64,000 nucleotides of DNA from an uncultured virus (IMG/VR IMGVR_UViG_649633043_000004) (Duplodnaviria; Heunggongvirae; Uroviricota; Caudoviricetes), in IMG/VR virus record IMGVR_UViG_649633043_000004, one strand, 5' to 3'. The notes beneath the pieces are model-generated. The model ran no database searches and was not told the DNA's origin. It saw only the letters and a list, made by a program, of their open reading frames with translations. Of the stretch, positions 17,480-27,966 are shown in pieces (the stretch's first letter is position 1; the number at the start of each line of letters is the position of its first letter). A program made the translations under genes and the position numbers.

Positions 17480-20212
17480 TTATCCCTCATCATTATTATC
17501 GGCTTCAAAAATCTCCGGTGAGTTCTGCCGTATGTATATGACTTCATTACGAACATCCGTATTACCACACCGAGCAAGAGCAGGGCTAAGTTTCAGCTGG
17601 CCTGTGCTACCGTCCCTTATGACATACTCGTGGTGCTCTTTTATGTAGCGAGCGGATTCTCTGGAAAAGCCGCTGCGCTGCAGCAGGATCGTCAGCGGAT
17701 TCGTCGTACCGAATTCCACGTATTCATACCAATTGTTCCGGTTGAGTGCCTCGTCTCCTCTGATTTTCCTGTACTCGTTGGAGAATCGAAGGAAATAGTT
17801 CGAAATGCTGTAAAGGATGATGTTCTCAATAACCTCAAGCGTGTCTCCGAATACGGCATTGTGATGGTCGTCGGAAAGGTAATTGTACGTTATCGGAGAC
17901 CCATGCTTGTTGATCCAGAATGGGTATGGGTGGTTCTGATGGTATTCAAGAGCCCTGTCCATGATGAACTTCAACCCGCCGCCGTCCATCCACTGGCAGA
18001 GGATCACGGCGTACCATCTGCGCAGTGATGGTTTTCCGAGCGTACCGGCCTCGTACTCCTCCCAGTTGAACACTTCTGCAAGTTCGTCGAGAAAAGCAAG
18101 CACATCGTCATATACGAACTTCCCATCAACAAGATCTGGATAACGCAGCGGGTTTCGCTCCCTTCGGATAGCTGCAATAAGGCTTGTTGTCTGATCTACC
18201 GACGTATTGATGTCGTCATCAGGCTTGACTTCGGCGTCTTTGAAGGTATCCCGGATGAACTCCTCATCGGCTGGCGTCAAGAAGTCTTTGAATTCACGAC
18301 GCACCAGCGTATCCCGCTCGTGAACAATGTCTCCCTGAAGAATAGTCGCGAATCTGCGCATCATCTCATAGGATTCCTCGCTCTGCATAGCTTTGCCATC
18401 AGCGTTCACACGGCGTGGTATTTCCGACTTCCCGCTTTTGAGAATATCGGCGACATACTGTTTCTCGACCTTCTTGAGCACATTCGGATCAGTAGCAATA
18501 GAAAGCGACTGCTCTGGAATTTCCTGCCCAAGCATACGTACATAGTCATCTGTCGTTATCTTGCTGTTGCGTTCCGCTACAAAGTAGACATTCCCAAAGA
18601 GGTTGAAGCTGATCCTGCCCACTCGGCCTATGAGATTACGGAAATCAATGGTATTCATCTCGCTGAGGAATATCTTGTTCTCCATGATGAACAGATTGTC
18701 CGCCGGGAGATTGACGCCCTCCAACAGCGTACTGGTACAGAACATTACCGTGATGTTCCCGGATTTAAAAAGCTCCTCGATCCGTGCCCTTATTGATGCC
18801 GGAAGATAACCGATGTGGTAAGCAATGCCATAACGTACCATTTCTGCGAGGTAGTACCATTGATGGACTTCTTCCTGAATGTCCTTTGACAAGGCCTCAA
18901 GAAGCGGATCATTTCTCGGGCCATTCGGTTTTATCCGCTCATAGAAGGAGTGGGCGGCCCTTATGGCCTTGTCTCGTCCGTTGTAGTAAACGATGCTCTG
19001 CTTACGCTTTTCCTTGGAAAGTTTCCTGTTCTGTGTTTCGATAGCCAGCAGGAAGTCATTCACTTCAATACCGCTGCCGCGCACATTGGCGAGAAGTATT
19101 CGGCACTGATCTTCAAGTGCGTGGTCGTTATAAACCTCGATTCGTCCTTTCTTCAGATCAACAAGAAATTTGATCTGAACAACCGGCGAGTATGTGATTG
19201 CAAGAGCGTCTTCATCGCCTTCCTCCGCATTGAGCATCAATCTCAGATAGACCTGCGGATTCGGTATGTTCGGCGATGCGAAGATGAAGTGCGGTTTCTT
19301 CTGGCGATGCACGAGCTTGTCGACTACTTTGTAGTAGAAAGGCGCTCGACTGTTCTTGCCTGAAAGTTTGTGGGCCTCGTCGATGAACAGATAATCCAGG
19401 TCAAAGCGAGGCTTCGCTATCAGAAGGTAAAGAAGTCTCTCCGGCGTCATGACAAGGATGAAGTTCCGGTTATCGTCCTCTAGAGCTATGTCGCTTGCTG
19501 CTGTCACCACGCTGTAGTTATGGAGCTTCAGGTAGTTGACCTTCTCTGTATTCTTTTCTCCGCCAAGATCGTCTATGACTTTTGCCCGGACTTCGTTTAT
19601 CAGCGCCTTGGTAGGGACGATGAGCGCATAGTTCTTCTGGGCCCCGTGCATGATCTCGTCCTTGATGAACATCCTCATAATGAAGGATTTTCCCATCGAA
19701 GTGGGCGCGGAGTAGCTAAAGCAGTCGTCCGTCAGATGGTCATAGGCGTTCTTCTGTTCTCCGAAGAACCGCTGGCTAGGTTCCGCGGGGATAGTGAGGT
19801 AATCGCCTCTGAACTGTGCGAAAATTTCTTCCAGTGCATGCGGCTCAGAATAGTCCTTGTTTACAAGCTCGAGTCCCTTGTGGTTACCGACGCTTGAGAA
19901 AACGTCTCCGGCGTAAAGGTTGACGAGCGAATCCTGCGGATACATCTCATGCATCAGTATGGCTATTTCCTGAGCCCATATCTTGTGCGCGTCTGCCTTC
20001 TCTGGATCATTCGACTTGGAGAGAATGTCGGCAAACCGTAAAATGTCGGTTTTCTCCTTGGCGTTGAACAACTCCGTCGAGCTTCGTTGATTCAAGTTGA
20101 AGAGACTCAAGCCATAGCCTTTCAGAAGCCGAGCATACAGTGTTCCAAGGTATGGATTGCTGTCGATGCCGGCGAAGATGACCGACCCAAGTGTTCTCTT
20201 TTCAACGGTCAT
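17480..20212 (-). CDS. hamB: Hachiman B DEAD/DEAH-box helicase
   Basis: SAPTSMGKS, MTPER, DEAH, ASPNIPNP, CTSTLLEGVNLPA, NLIGRVGR; overlaps the upstream DUF1837-like gene. Confidence 0.85.
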   Translation of the reverse strand: MTVEKRTLGSVIFAGIDSNPYLGTLYARLLKGYGLSLFNLNQRSSTELFNAKEKTDILRFADILSKSNDPEKADAHKIWAQEIAILMHEMYPQDSLVNLYAGDVFSSVGNHKGLELVNKDYSEPHALEEIFAQFRGDYLTIPAEPSQRFFGEQKNAYDHLTDDCFSYSAPTSMGKSFIMRMFIKDEIMHGAQKNYALIVPTKALINEVRAKVIDDLGGEKNTEKVNYLKLHNYSVVTAASDIALEDDNRNFILVMTPERLLYLLIAKPRFDLDYLFIDEAHKLSGKNSRAPFYYKVVDKLVHRQKKPHFIFASPNIPNPQVYLRLMLNAEEGDEDALAITYSPVVQIKFLVDLKKGRIEVYNDHALEDQCRILLANVRGSGIEVNDFLLAIETQNRKLSKEKRKQSIVYYNGRDKAIRAAHSFYERIKPNGPRNDPLLEALSKDIQEEVHQWYYLAEMVRYGIAYHIGYLPASIRARIEELFKSGNITVMFCTSTLLEGVNLPADNLFIMENKIFLSEMNTIDFRNLIGRVGRISFNLFGNVYFVAERNSKITTDDYVRMLGQEIPEQSLSIATDPNVLKKVEKQYVADILKSGKSEIPRRVNADGKAMQSEESYEMMRRFATILQGDIVHERDTLVRREFKDFLTPADEEFIRDTFKDAEVKPDDDINTSVDQTTSLIAAIRRERNPLRYPDLVDGKFVYDDVLAFLDELAEVFNWEEYEAGTLGKPSLRRWYAVILCQWMDGGGLKFIMDRALEYHQNHPYPFWINKHGSPITYNYLSDDHHNAVFGDTLEVIENIILYSISNYFLRFSNEYRKIRGDEALNRNNWYEYVEFGTTNPLTILLQRSGFSRESARYIKEHHEYVIRDGSTGQLKLSPALARCGNTDVRNEVIYIRQNSPEIFEADNNDEG

Positions 20213-21138
20213 AGGTCGACATCTCCTTCCAGAACATGCTGCATGATCAAGTCACTTTCCTCCCTGGCCTGATTAAGAGGCAACGTGAAGAAATAGAACG
20301 AGTGATTCTGCAGTTTTGCATCGCGTATCTTTTGAGCTATGTATTCTTCGTGCGCGTTGATGTCGCGAATCATTTTCTTATGCATGCGGTCCCGGAACTG
20401 GTCATCGTCATAGCCGTCCGGGATCAGGCCAAGAGAATATCCGAGGAACACTCCGAAGGATGTACCGTAGGCAGCGTTTTTGTGCTCCTCCGGGATAACG
20501 TAGCTGGTCAGGACTTTCAGGTCGTCTTCTTCATAGAAGCGATCAAGTGCTGTTTTCTCTACGAGAAGCAGCTCTTCATCCTCGTGATTTGCAATACGAG
20601 ATATCTTCTCAAAAGCGATGTCAATGGCGTCCTTGATGTCTCCAGTGACGCTCGACGCACCGAATACCATCTGATTGGAGAGGATCGTTTTGCCGTCCCT
20701 GCACAGGAAATGAATGCCGTCGGCCTCGCTCGCATACTGCGCAGCATCTGCGCTGAGTTCGATTTTGCTGAGGAGCTTATGAGCATTAAGCTTTTCTTCC
20801 ATGACAGCATAGACCATGATCTCGCCGAGCGTTTCTCCTGCATCAATGTCTCGAGCCTTGGCGCTTTTTCTCATGGCTCTCAGGGCTTGCTGTGTCACAA
20901 GGTCGAAATTGCCTGTATTCCGATAGTTCTCCTGCTTTGCCCGAGAGAACACATACTGCCCGATGTTGAGCATGGTAAATTTCTCAAGATCGGATGATTT
21001 GATGTTTCCGTTTCTGACGTTGAGGCAAAAAAGGCGCAGAGAACCAGGGCGTACCATTCCGCTGATCGTCTCGGAATGCTCCACCTCTGTAAAGTAATCA
21101 TCGAATGTCTTGTCCTTTACAGTTTTGGATAACTCCAC
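20209..21138 (-). CDS. hamA: Hachiman A (DUF1837-like) protein
   Basis: GETLGEIMVYAVMEEKLNAHKLLSKIEL, ADGIH, FGVFLGY, SFYFFTLP; coupled to the HamB-type helicase. Confidence 0.8.
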   Translation of the reverse strand: MELSKTVKDKTFDDYFTEVEHSETISGMVRPGSLRLFCLNVRNGNIKSSDLEKFTMLNIGQYVFSRAKQENYRNTGNFDLVTQQALRAMRKSAKARDIDAGETLGEIMVYAVMEEKLNAHKLLSKIELSADAAQYASEADGIHFLCRDGKTILSNQMVFGASSVTGDIKDAIDIAFEKISRIANHEDEELLLVEKTALDRFYEEDDLKVLTSYVIPEEHKNAAYGTSFGVFLGYSLGLIPDGYDDDQFRDRMHKKMIRDINAHEEYIAQKIRDAKLQNHSFYFFTLPLNQAREESDLIMQHVLEGDVDL

Positions 21139-21167
21139 GCTTGCTGCCTCCCTTCATTTGCGTCTGT

Positions 21168-24100
21168 CTACTTTTTAGAATCGCTGTCCTTCTTTTCACC
21201 GAACGTTACTTTGCCATCGGCTACCATCATTCCGCTTCTTGGCGCTTCTGTTGGATATCGATAGCTTGTGAAATTGTCGCTGGCGACTTTCGGAGAATCC
21301 AAATCGTCTGGTGCTTCATACGGTTTCCCCTCCTTGTTGTACGTCATGTTGAATACCATATTCGTAAGCCACTTCTTGAACGACGGATTGTCCTGAAACT
21401 GCTTAAAGAGCTCCATGTTGTCCGCCATGATGGAGAAGATGACCTTCTGCAGGGCGCGCTCGCTTTCTGTTCGGGCTTCCTGCTCATCAGAATTCTTCAT
21501 GGCATTCTGGTATTTCTCGTCACGAGAAACCATCGCCGGAATCTGGAGGATCTGGCGCTGTACGTTATCAGCGTCATTCCACTGGATGTTTCCGAACATA
21601 TCGTTGAAATCCATGATGATCTTGGAAAGCGGATCAAGTTCCGGCTCAACGTTATGGCCGACCTTTCCGGCAGGGACCGGAGCAATCTCGGCCTCCTCGT
21701 CCTCCAGTTTTATGGCCACGGCCTCCTGTGCTTCATTCCGATAACTGTCCAGATCAATCGTAGACAAAATGCCCTCTGACAAATCATCCTCACGAGGTGA
21801 CGGAAGTTTCGGTATTAGCAGATTCAGGAAGATCGACAACTTTTCCCAGTCCACATTCCCATAGGGAAGAATGGAACCAAGGAAACCGTATGTACGGACA
21901 AATGACTTTGCTGCGCTCTTGAACTTGATCTGATCGTCCGTTTCGAGTTCGTTGTAGGTAGCCACGCACGGATCAAGCAACGGATCAAGCCTGTCTCTCT
22001 CAGCTCCGCCAAGGAACAAATCAACTACGTGCTCTACATCGTCAGCGTCATATACCTGATAGCTCTCCATGAGCGTGATCAGGTCGTAAAGCTTGTTCGG
22101 ATCAGTCTCTCCAGACAGTATCGTTGTCCTGTAGAACTTCGAGAAGGCGTCCTGAATCGTCGATGTCTTGTTTGCAAAGTCCAGCACATAGACTTCGTCC
22201 TTCCCGGGAGCCGCGCGGTTCAGACGGGAAAGCGTCTGCACTGCCGCAATGTCATAAAGCGGCTTATCCACGTACATGGTCTGCAGAAGTGGCTCATCAA
22301 ATCCGGTCTGGAACATGTCTGCAACTACCAGAAGACGATACGGATCTTTCTTGAACTCCTTCGGGATCTTGGCGTCCGGGAACCCGTTCAGTCCTGCCGA
22401 CGTCAGGGCAGGTTCCTGTCCGTTGTATTTGCACTCGCCGGAGAAAGCGATAATCGCCTTGTACGGACTATGTCTGTCTGCAAGGCACTTGTTGATGGCA
22501 TAGTAGGTCTCGATGCAGCGTGGGATGCTCGCGGTCACCACCATTGCGCGGGACTTTCCGTTCAGCTTCTTCTTAGCGATGATCTGCTCATGGAAGTGAT
22601 CCACCATCATGGCAGCCTTCTTGGCGATGACATCCGGATTCCCCTCGACAAAGGAACGCAGTTTTTTCTGGGCGCGCTTCTTGTCGAACATCGGATCGTC
22701 CTCGACCTTCTTGGCAATCTTGTACCAGCTGTCGATCGCCGTATAGTTCTTCAAGACGTCAAGGATGAAGCCTTCCTGAATGGCCTGCTTCATGGTGTAA
22801 ACATGGAAAGGCCTGTGCTTGATTTCGCCATCCTCTTCATATGGCGTTCCGAAAACCTCCTCGGTCTTGTTCTTTGGGGTCGCGGTGAACGCAAAATAGC
22901 TCGCGGTCTTTACGAGCTTCCGGCCCTCGACAATCGCATTGATCTTGTCTTCATTGTCCATTTCGTTGTCTGAAGCCATGCCGGAAAGCGCCAGATTCAT
23001 ATTCGCGGAATTGCGCCCGCTCTGGCCTGAGTGTGCCTCATCGATGATAATGGCAAAATGATTATTGATATGTTCCTGACCGATTTCCTGCGAGATGTAC
23101 GGGAACTTCTCAACCGTGGTTATAATGATCCGCTTGCCATCCTGGATTGCCTTTTTCAGGTCTCCGGAATGCTGTGCCCAAACGACCGTGTTTTTCACCT
23201 GCATGAACTGCTTGATGGTATCGCGGATCTGCTTGTCCAGAATCCTGCGGTCGGTGACGACGATAACGGAATCGATCATCGGATGGCCGTCTTGTTCCAA
23301 TCCAATCAGCTGATGAGCAAGCCATGCGATAGAATTCGACTTTCCGGAGCCTGCACTGTGCTGGATGAGATAGCGCTTACCGACACCGTTTTGTTTCACA
23401 TCTGTGAGCAGCTTCTCCACGCAGTCCAGCTGATGGTAGCGTGGCCAGATCTGTTTCACGGTTTTCTTCTTCGTGTCCGGATCTTCGTCAACGACGACCT
23501 GAGCGTAATTCTCGATAATGCGGGAGAGCTTCCACTTCGTCAGAATGTCCTTCCACAGATAGTCTGTCATGATGCCGTCCGGATTCGGCGGATTGCCCGC
23601 GCCATCGTTATAGCCCTTGTTGAATGGCAGGAACCAGCTGTCTTTACCAGCAAGCTTCGTGCAGAACATGACGGTCTGGTCATCGACTGCGAAATGCACC
23701 ATGCACCGTTTGAACGAGAACAGCGTGTCCCGCGGATCGCGATCTTCCTTATACTGCTCAACGGCATCTGCTGTCGACTGACCAGTGAAATGATTCTTGA
23801 GCTCAATCGTGACGACCGGAAGACCGTTGATGAACAGGCAAAGGTCGAGTGCGAGCTTTGAAGCGTCGATGGAATAGCGAAGCTGCCGTGTCACACTGAA
23901 GATATTCTTTTCAAACATCTGCTTCGACTTCTCGTTGTTCTCAGTCGGCGTGAAGTAGAACATGATGAGGTCAGCCGGATACGCTTTCACACCGTTTCGC
24001 AACACATCAATAATGCCGCGCTTGGCAATCTCTCCGGAAAGGCGGTTTAGGAACTGCCGCTTCTTCTGATCGCTGTTATTTACACCAAGCTTTGCCATTT

Positions 24101-24263
24101 CCCTCGGCTGCGTATCATTCAGGAACCGGAAGAGGCGGGTTTCGTCTACGGCGTATTCCTTACTGTAGTCGTCATTCGTTCCCTGCTCGTAGCCATTCTG
24201 CTCCACGAGCCAGTTCACGATGATCGTCTCAAATCCCCTCTCGGTTTTATCCGTAAAAGCCAT
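21168..24263 (-). CDS. hsdR: Type I restriction endonuclease subunit R (prophage system)
   Basis: LDLCLFINGLPVVTIELKN, HSAGSGKS, DEAH, FTATPK, TGFDEP, QTLSRLNR. Confidence 0.95.
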   Translation of the reverse strand: MAFTDKTERGFETIIVNWLVEQNGYEQGTNDDYSKEYAVDETRLFRFLNDTQPREMAKLGVNNSDQKKRQFLNRLSGEIAKRGIIDVLRNGVKAYPADLIMFYFTPTENNEKSKQMFEKNIFSVTRQLRYSIDASKLALDLCLFINGLPVVTIELKNHFTGQSTADAVEQYKEDRDPRDTLFSFKRCMVHFAVDDQTVMFCTKLAGKDSWFLPFNKGYNDGAGNPPNPDGIMTDYLWKDILTKWKLSRIIENYAQVVVDEDPDTKKKTVKQIWPRYHQLDCVEKLLTDVKQNGVGKRYLIQHSAGSGKSNSIAWLAHQLIGLEQDGHPMIDSVIVVTDRRILDKQIRDTIKQFMQVKNTVVWAQHSGDLKKAIQDGKRIIITTVEKFPYISQEIGQEHINNHFAIIIDEAHSGQSGRNSANMNLALSGMASDNEMDNEDKINAIVEGRKLVKTASYFAFTATPKNKTEEVFGTPYEEDGEIKHRPFHVYTMKQAIQEGFILDVLKNYTAIDSWYKIAKKVEDDPMFDKKRAQKKLRSFVEGNPDVIAKKAAMMVDHFHEQIIAKKKLNGKSRAMVVTASIPRCIETYYAINKCLADRHSPYKAIIAFSGECKYNGQEPALTSAGLNGFPDAKIPKEFKKDPYRLLVVADMFQTGFDEPLLQTMYVDKPLYDIAAVQTLSRLNRAAPGKDEVYVLDFANKTSTIQDAFSKFYRTTILSGETDPNKLYDLITLMESYQVYDADDVEHVVDLFLGGAERDRLDPLLDPCVATYNELETDDQIKFKSAAKSFVRTYGFLGSILPYGNVDWEKLSIFLNLLIPKLPSPREDDLSEGILSTIDLDSYRNEAQEAVAIKLEDEEAEIAPVPAGKVGHNVEPELDPLSKIIMDFNDMFGNIQWNDADNVQRQILQIPAMVSRDEKYQNAMKNSDEQEARTESERALQKVIFSIMADNMELFKQFQDNPSFKKWLTNMVFNMTYNKEGKPYEAPDDLDSPKVASDNFTSYRYPTEAPRSGMMVADGKVTFGEKKDSDSKK

Positions 24264-24265
24264 GA

Positions 24266-25654
24266 TCAGCCCTCCTCTCCATCGATTTCTGTTACCTCTG
24301 TTTCTTCGCCGTCCTCATTGTTATCATCGTAGATGTCGTCGATGTGCTCATATTCGGGAATAGTGACATTGCGGACATCGATCTTTCCGGTGACTACATC
24401 CGAGATGATTGTTGACTTTAGCTCCTGAAGCGCTTTTATTTTGCTTTCTGCTAATTGAATAGCTTTATCAAGCATGTCGCATTTATCGTCCAAATAACAA
24501 GCAATTTTCTCTTGCTCAGTAACATCAGGATAAGCAAGTTTTAACTGTTCCAATACTCTCATGCCGATGTTTTGCTGAGTACCATATGACCAACCATCCT
24601 GCACCTGTTGTTGATATGGCAAAGCCTGCAAAGCGTAAAAGAGAAAACGCGGTAACATCACTTCTTGATTGCAACGGAAAACGGCAAGTGGAGACCATAT
24701 AGTAAATATTCTGTCTGTATCTACAATTGATACTCGTCCAGTAGTCGCGCCAGATTTGATCATGTATATATCATCAATCTTAGGCACATATTTCTTACAA
24801 CATTCTTCATAAAAGTCCTGAGAAATAAATCCTCGAATATGATTAAAATCAATTTTTCCATTACCACACGAAACAGCTTCTGCAGAAACAAAGGGGATAC
24901 CCTCCTCATATAACTGTGGAGTTGTATGTGGGCCGTCCGTCAGCGGTTGTGAAAGGACACGGAGTGTTTTCGTAATTCGCCATCCTTTTGGAATCATCCG
25001 ATAGTAGCTATTATCTGTCCCACAAAGTTCTTCTCGTTTTAGTCCTGTAGTTACAGTTTTAGTAATAACCGTGTTCTTCAGTTGATTGAATTCCTGTATT
25101 TCCTTCCGGCGGATTCCGATCAACTTGTTGATTTCGGAGACCTTCCAGTCAAGAAAACGCACAATTTGATCCTGCTCAGCGCGGGGAGGAACAGGAAGGA
25201 GAATGGTCCTCATCTCGCTGTAGCGAGTGGTCCAAAGATCAGCAACAATTCCTCTGCCATTCCTATAGTATTCTTCCGAGAATCTATAGTTGCGAAGCAG
25301 GTAATGTACATAGTCATTGTTCAGCTTGCTTCGTGGTGTCAGAACAAGATTGATAAGTGAAACTGATCCGTCCAGTTTAGATACACCACAGGAGCCTTTT
25401 CGATCTGAACGGCTATTGATAACAAAATCTCCAGCTTTCACCAGTTTGCGGTTATCACTGTCGTTTGATTTTGCGGCGTGCTCAAGCTGAGGAAGAATAC
25501 CTTTTTTCGTTACTGACAGTGGCGCATAATCCTTGTCCGATACTTTTGTCTTTCGCTCTGTGAAGAGGGCGTCTATTTTCTGCAATTGCCAATGCGCTGG
25601 GATCTGCGGGAGCCATGCGGCATCTGTGTTAATAACATCTGTGTATTCAACCAT
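24266..25654 (-). CDS. hsdS: Type I specificity subunit S (two TRDs)
   Basis: WLPQIPAHW...PPRAEQDQIVRFLD, then IPKGW...PDVTEQEKIACYLD...VVTGKIDVR; second TRD is AT-rich. Confidence 0.93.
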   Translation of the reverse strand: MVEYTDVINTDAAWLPQIPAHWQLQKIDALFTERKTKVSDKDYAPLSVTKKGILPQLEHAAKSNDSDNRKLVKAGDFVINSRSDRKGSCGVSKLDGSVSLINLVLTPRSKLNNDYVHYLLRNYRFSEEYYRNGRGIVADLWTTRYSEMRTILLPVPPRAEQDQIVRFLDWKVSEINKLIGIRRKEIQEFNQLKNTVITKTVTTGLKREELCGTDNSYYRMIPKGWRITKTLRVLSQPLTDGPHTTPQLYEEGIPFVSAEAVSCGNGKIDFNHIRGFISQDFYEECCKKYVPKIDDIYMIKSGATTGRVSIVDTDRIFTIWSPLAVFRCNQEVMLPRFLFYALQALPYQQQVQDGWSYGTQQNIGMRVLEQLKLAYPDVTEQEKIACYLDDKCDMLDKAIQLAESKIKALQELKSTIISDVVTGKIDVRNVTIPEYEHIDDIYDDNNEDGEETEVTEIDGEEG

Positions 25655-27660
25655 TACTCCATTCCCTCCACGATCTCATCCATGACGCCATCCGATTCCC
25701 TCTCGAGCTCCTTAAGCGAGGCAAGGATGTCTTTCATATCACGGAGTTGTACCGGCTTGTAGAAGTACTTCGTGAAGCTGATCTCGTAACCGATCTTTGT
25801 CTTGCTCTCATCCACATAGGCGTCCGGTGCATATGGCTTGACTTCCTTTTCGATGAATGCATCGATCCCACCATCGTAGTTGAACGGTATGTTTTCCGAG
25901 TCGCGGAGGTTCGGATCGGATTCGCCTTCAACCTCTTTTGCATGTGGATCAGTTTCCGTGATAAACGGACGGATCTTCTTGAGTTGCGTCTTTTTGAGCT
26001 TTGTCGCCTTGGCAAAAGCGTCCCAATCGTCCAGTGGAGTTCCGACTGGAGCATTGGCAACCGCCTCACGAACAGAATCAAGCTCTGACTGCTTCTTGAA
26101 TGTATCTTCCGGGATTTCTCGTTCCGGGAATACGCGCAGGCGCAGCGGGCGCTCGACAGTTACATTCCAGTAGCCGAACTCACTGTTATCGAATATCATG
26201 CTTACGTCGCTTTCCTCCATGTCGAGGAAGATGCGGACAATTTCCTTACGGATTTCCGGCGTGAATTCGCAGTTCTTATTGCCCATGTTCTTGCGCAGCG
26301 AGGACTTCATATTTGTCGCGTCGATGAGCTGAATCTTGCCTTTGCGGCGTTCTTCCTTCTTATTGGAAAGCACCCAAATGTATGTGCCAATGCCTGTGTT
26401 GTAGAACATGTTGTCAGGCAATGCGATGATGGCCTCTACCAGATCACGCTCGATCATATACCGGCGGGCATTGCTCTCGCCGCTTCCTGCATCGCCCGTG
26501 AACAGGGATGAGCCGTTATGTACTTCGATGATACGGCTACCGAGTTCCGTATCGGTTTTCATCTTGGATACATTGTTAAGCAGGAAGAGAAGCTGTCCGT
26601 CACTTGTGCGCGGGATCATCTTTAGCTCCTCACCGCCGGGAAGGTATGCATTGAAACGAGTGTCAAGGATTTCACTCTTGCCACCCATCTTGTCTGCATC
26701 TGTTTTCCAGCTTTTCCCATACGGTGGATTGGAAAGCATGAAGTCGAACTGCCGCGACGGATTCCCATCCAGCGATAGCGTTGAGCCATAGAAGATGTGT
26801 TCGGCTTCCTCGCCATCGCCCTTGAGCAGCATGTCTGCTTTGCAGATGGCGTATGTTTCCGGCTGAACCTCCTGACCAAACAGGTGAATAGAGACATTCT
26901 TTCCGCGACGACCCGCGAGTGTCAGGAGTCGTGCCTGAGCAACCGTAAGCATTCCTCCTGTGCCACAGGCACCGTCATAGCAGGAGTATGTTGCATCTTT
27001 GATCTGGTCTTCAACGGGATAGAAAGCAAGGTCAGCCATGAGCTCGACAACGTCCCTCGGTGTCCAGTGTTCTCCGGCTTCCTCATTGTTTTCTTCGTTA
27101 AATCGGCGGATTAACTCCTCGAAGATTGTTCCCATGCCGTGGTTATCGAGTCCCGGCAGCTTCACGATCTTTTTCTCCGCGTCCTTATAGACAGGATCCG
27201 GGCTGAGATTGATATCCGATGACGTGAACTTATCGATGACCGCGCCAAGGATATCCGCATCGACCATAGTCTTGATCTGGTCGCGGAATTTGAACTTGTC
27301 GAGGATCTCCTGAACGTTCGGAGAGAAGCCGTCCAGGTATGCCTTGAAGTCGGCTTCAAGCGTCTGCTTCTTCGCGCGGCTCGTCAGATCCTTTAAAAGG
27401 AACGGCGAATCATTACAGAATGCTTGTCCAGCCGTATTGCAGAGCGCAGGCCACTGGTTATCGATCTTGGCGGCTTCCAGCTGCTTCTTCATGGTAAGGA
27501 CGGCTTTCTTTGTTCCTTCAAGCATTGCATCAAGGCGGCGGATGACTGTCATCGGCAGAATAACGTCACGGTATTTACCACGGACATAGACGTCGCGCAG
27601 GCAGTCGTCTGCAATTCCCCATATAAAACTGACTATCGAGTTGTACTCCTGATTGTCCAT
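25654..27660 (-). CDS. hsdM: Type I methyltransferase subunit M (complete)
   Basis: ATG 27660; FIWGIADD..LR, EAGEHWTPR, YDGACGTGGM, NPPY. Confidence 0.95.
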   Translation of the reverse strand: MDNQEYNSIVSFIWGIADDCLRDVYVRGKYRDVILPMTVIRRLDAMLEGTKKAVLTMKKQLEAAKIDNQWPALCNTAGQAFCNDSPFLLKDLTSRAKKQTLEADFKAYLDGFSPNVQEILDKFKFRDQIKTMVDADILGAVIDKFTSSDINLSPDPVYKDAEKKIVKLPGLDNHGMGTIFEELIRRFNEENNEEAGEHWTPRDVVELMADLAFYPVEDQIKDATYSCYDGACGTGGMLTVAQARLLTLAGRRGKNVSIHLFGQEVQPETYAICKADMLLKGDGEEAEHIFYGSTLSLDGNPSRQFDFMLSNPPYGKSWKTDADKMGGKSEILDTRFNAYLPGGEELKMIPRTSDGQLLFLLNNVSKMKTDTELGSRIIEVHNGSSLFTGDAGSGESNARRYMIERDLVEAIIALPDNMFYNTGIGTYIWVLSNKKEERRKGKIQLIDATNMKSSLRKNMGNKNCEFTPEIRKEIVRIFLDMEESDVSMIFDNSEFGYWNVTVERPLRLRVFPEREIPEDTFKKQSELDSVREAVANAPVGTPLDDWDAFAKATKLKKTQLKKIRPFITETDPHAKEVEGESDPNLRDSENIPFNYDGGIDAFIEKEVKPYAPDAYVDESKTKIGYEISFTKYFYKPVQLRDMKDILASLKELERESDGVMDEIVEGME

Positions 27661-27750
27661 TGACTTTCTCCTTCGCACCGCTGTTTCTTCGCAGCGGCCT
27701 TTTTCATTTATTATGTATTACCGGCTGTCCAATAGTCTGGACTTCGCCGA

Positions 27751-27966
27751 TCAGTTTTCCTTGTTTTCCTTTTCGCTGTTTTCTTCGGCAGCTCCGCCGG
27801 AGCGAATCCAGTCATCGACTTCGCTCAGTTTGAATTTCCAAAGTCGCCCGACTTTGTATGCAGGCATGTTGCGCTTGTTGATCCATTGCATGATGCTTTC
27901 GCGGCCTACCCCGAGGTATTCCTGCACTTCCTTCATCGTTGACCATTTTTCTATATTCTTATCCAC
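27751..27966 (-). CDS. Excisionase-like HTH_17 DNA-binding protein
   Basis: MKEVQEYLGVGRESIMQWI...MPAYKVGRLWKFKLSEVDDW. Confidence 0.85.
   Translation of the reverse strand: MDKNIEKWSTMKEVQEYLGVGRESIMQWINKRNMPAYKVGRLWKFKLSEVDDWIRSGGAAEENSEKENKEN

Noticed and set aside
24266..25654. Phase-variable hsdS shuffling with the half-S at 12870-13500
   Set aside because: No long shared DNA repeats or adjacent recombinase seen by eye; a dot plot would be needed to exclude it fully
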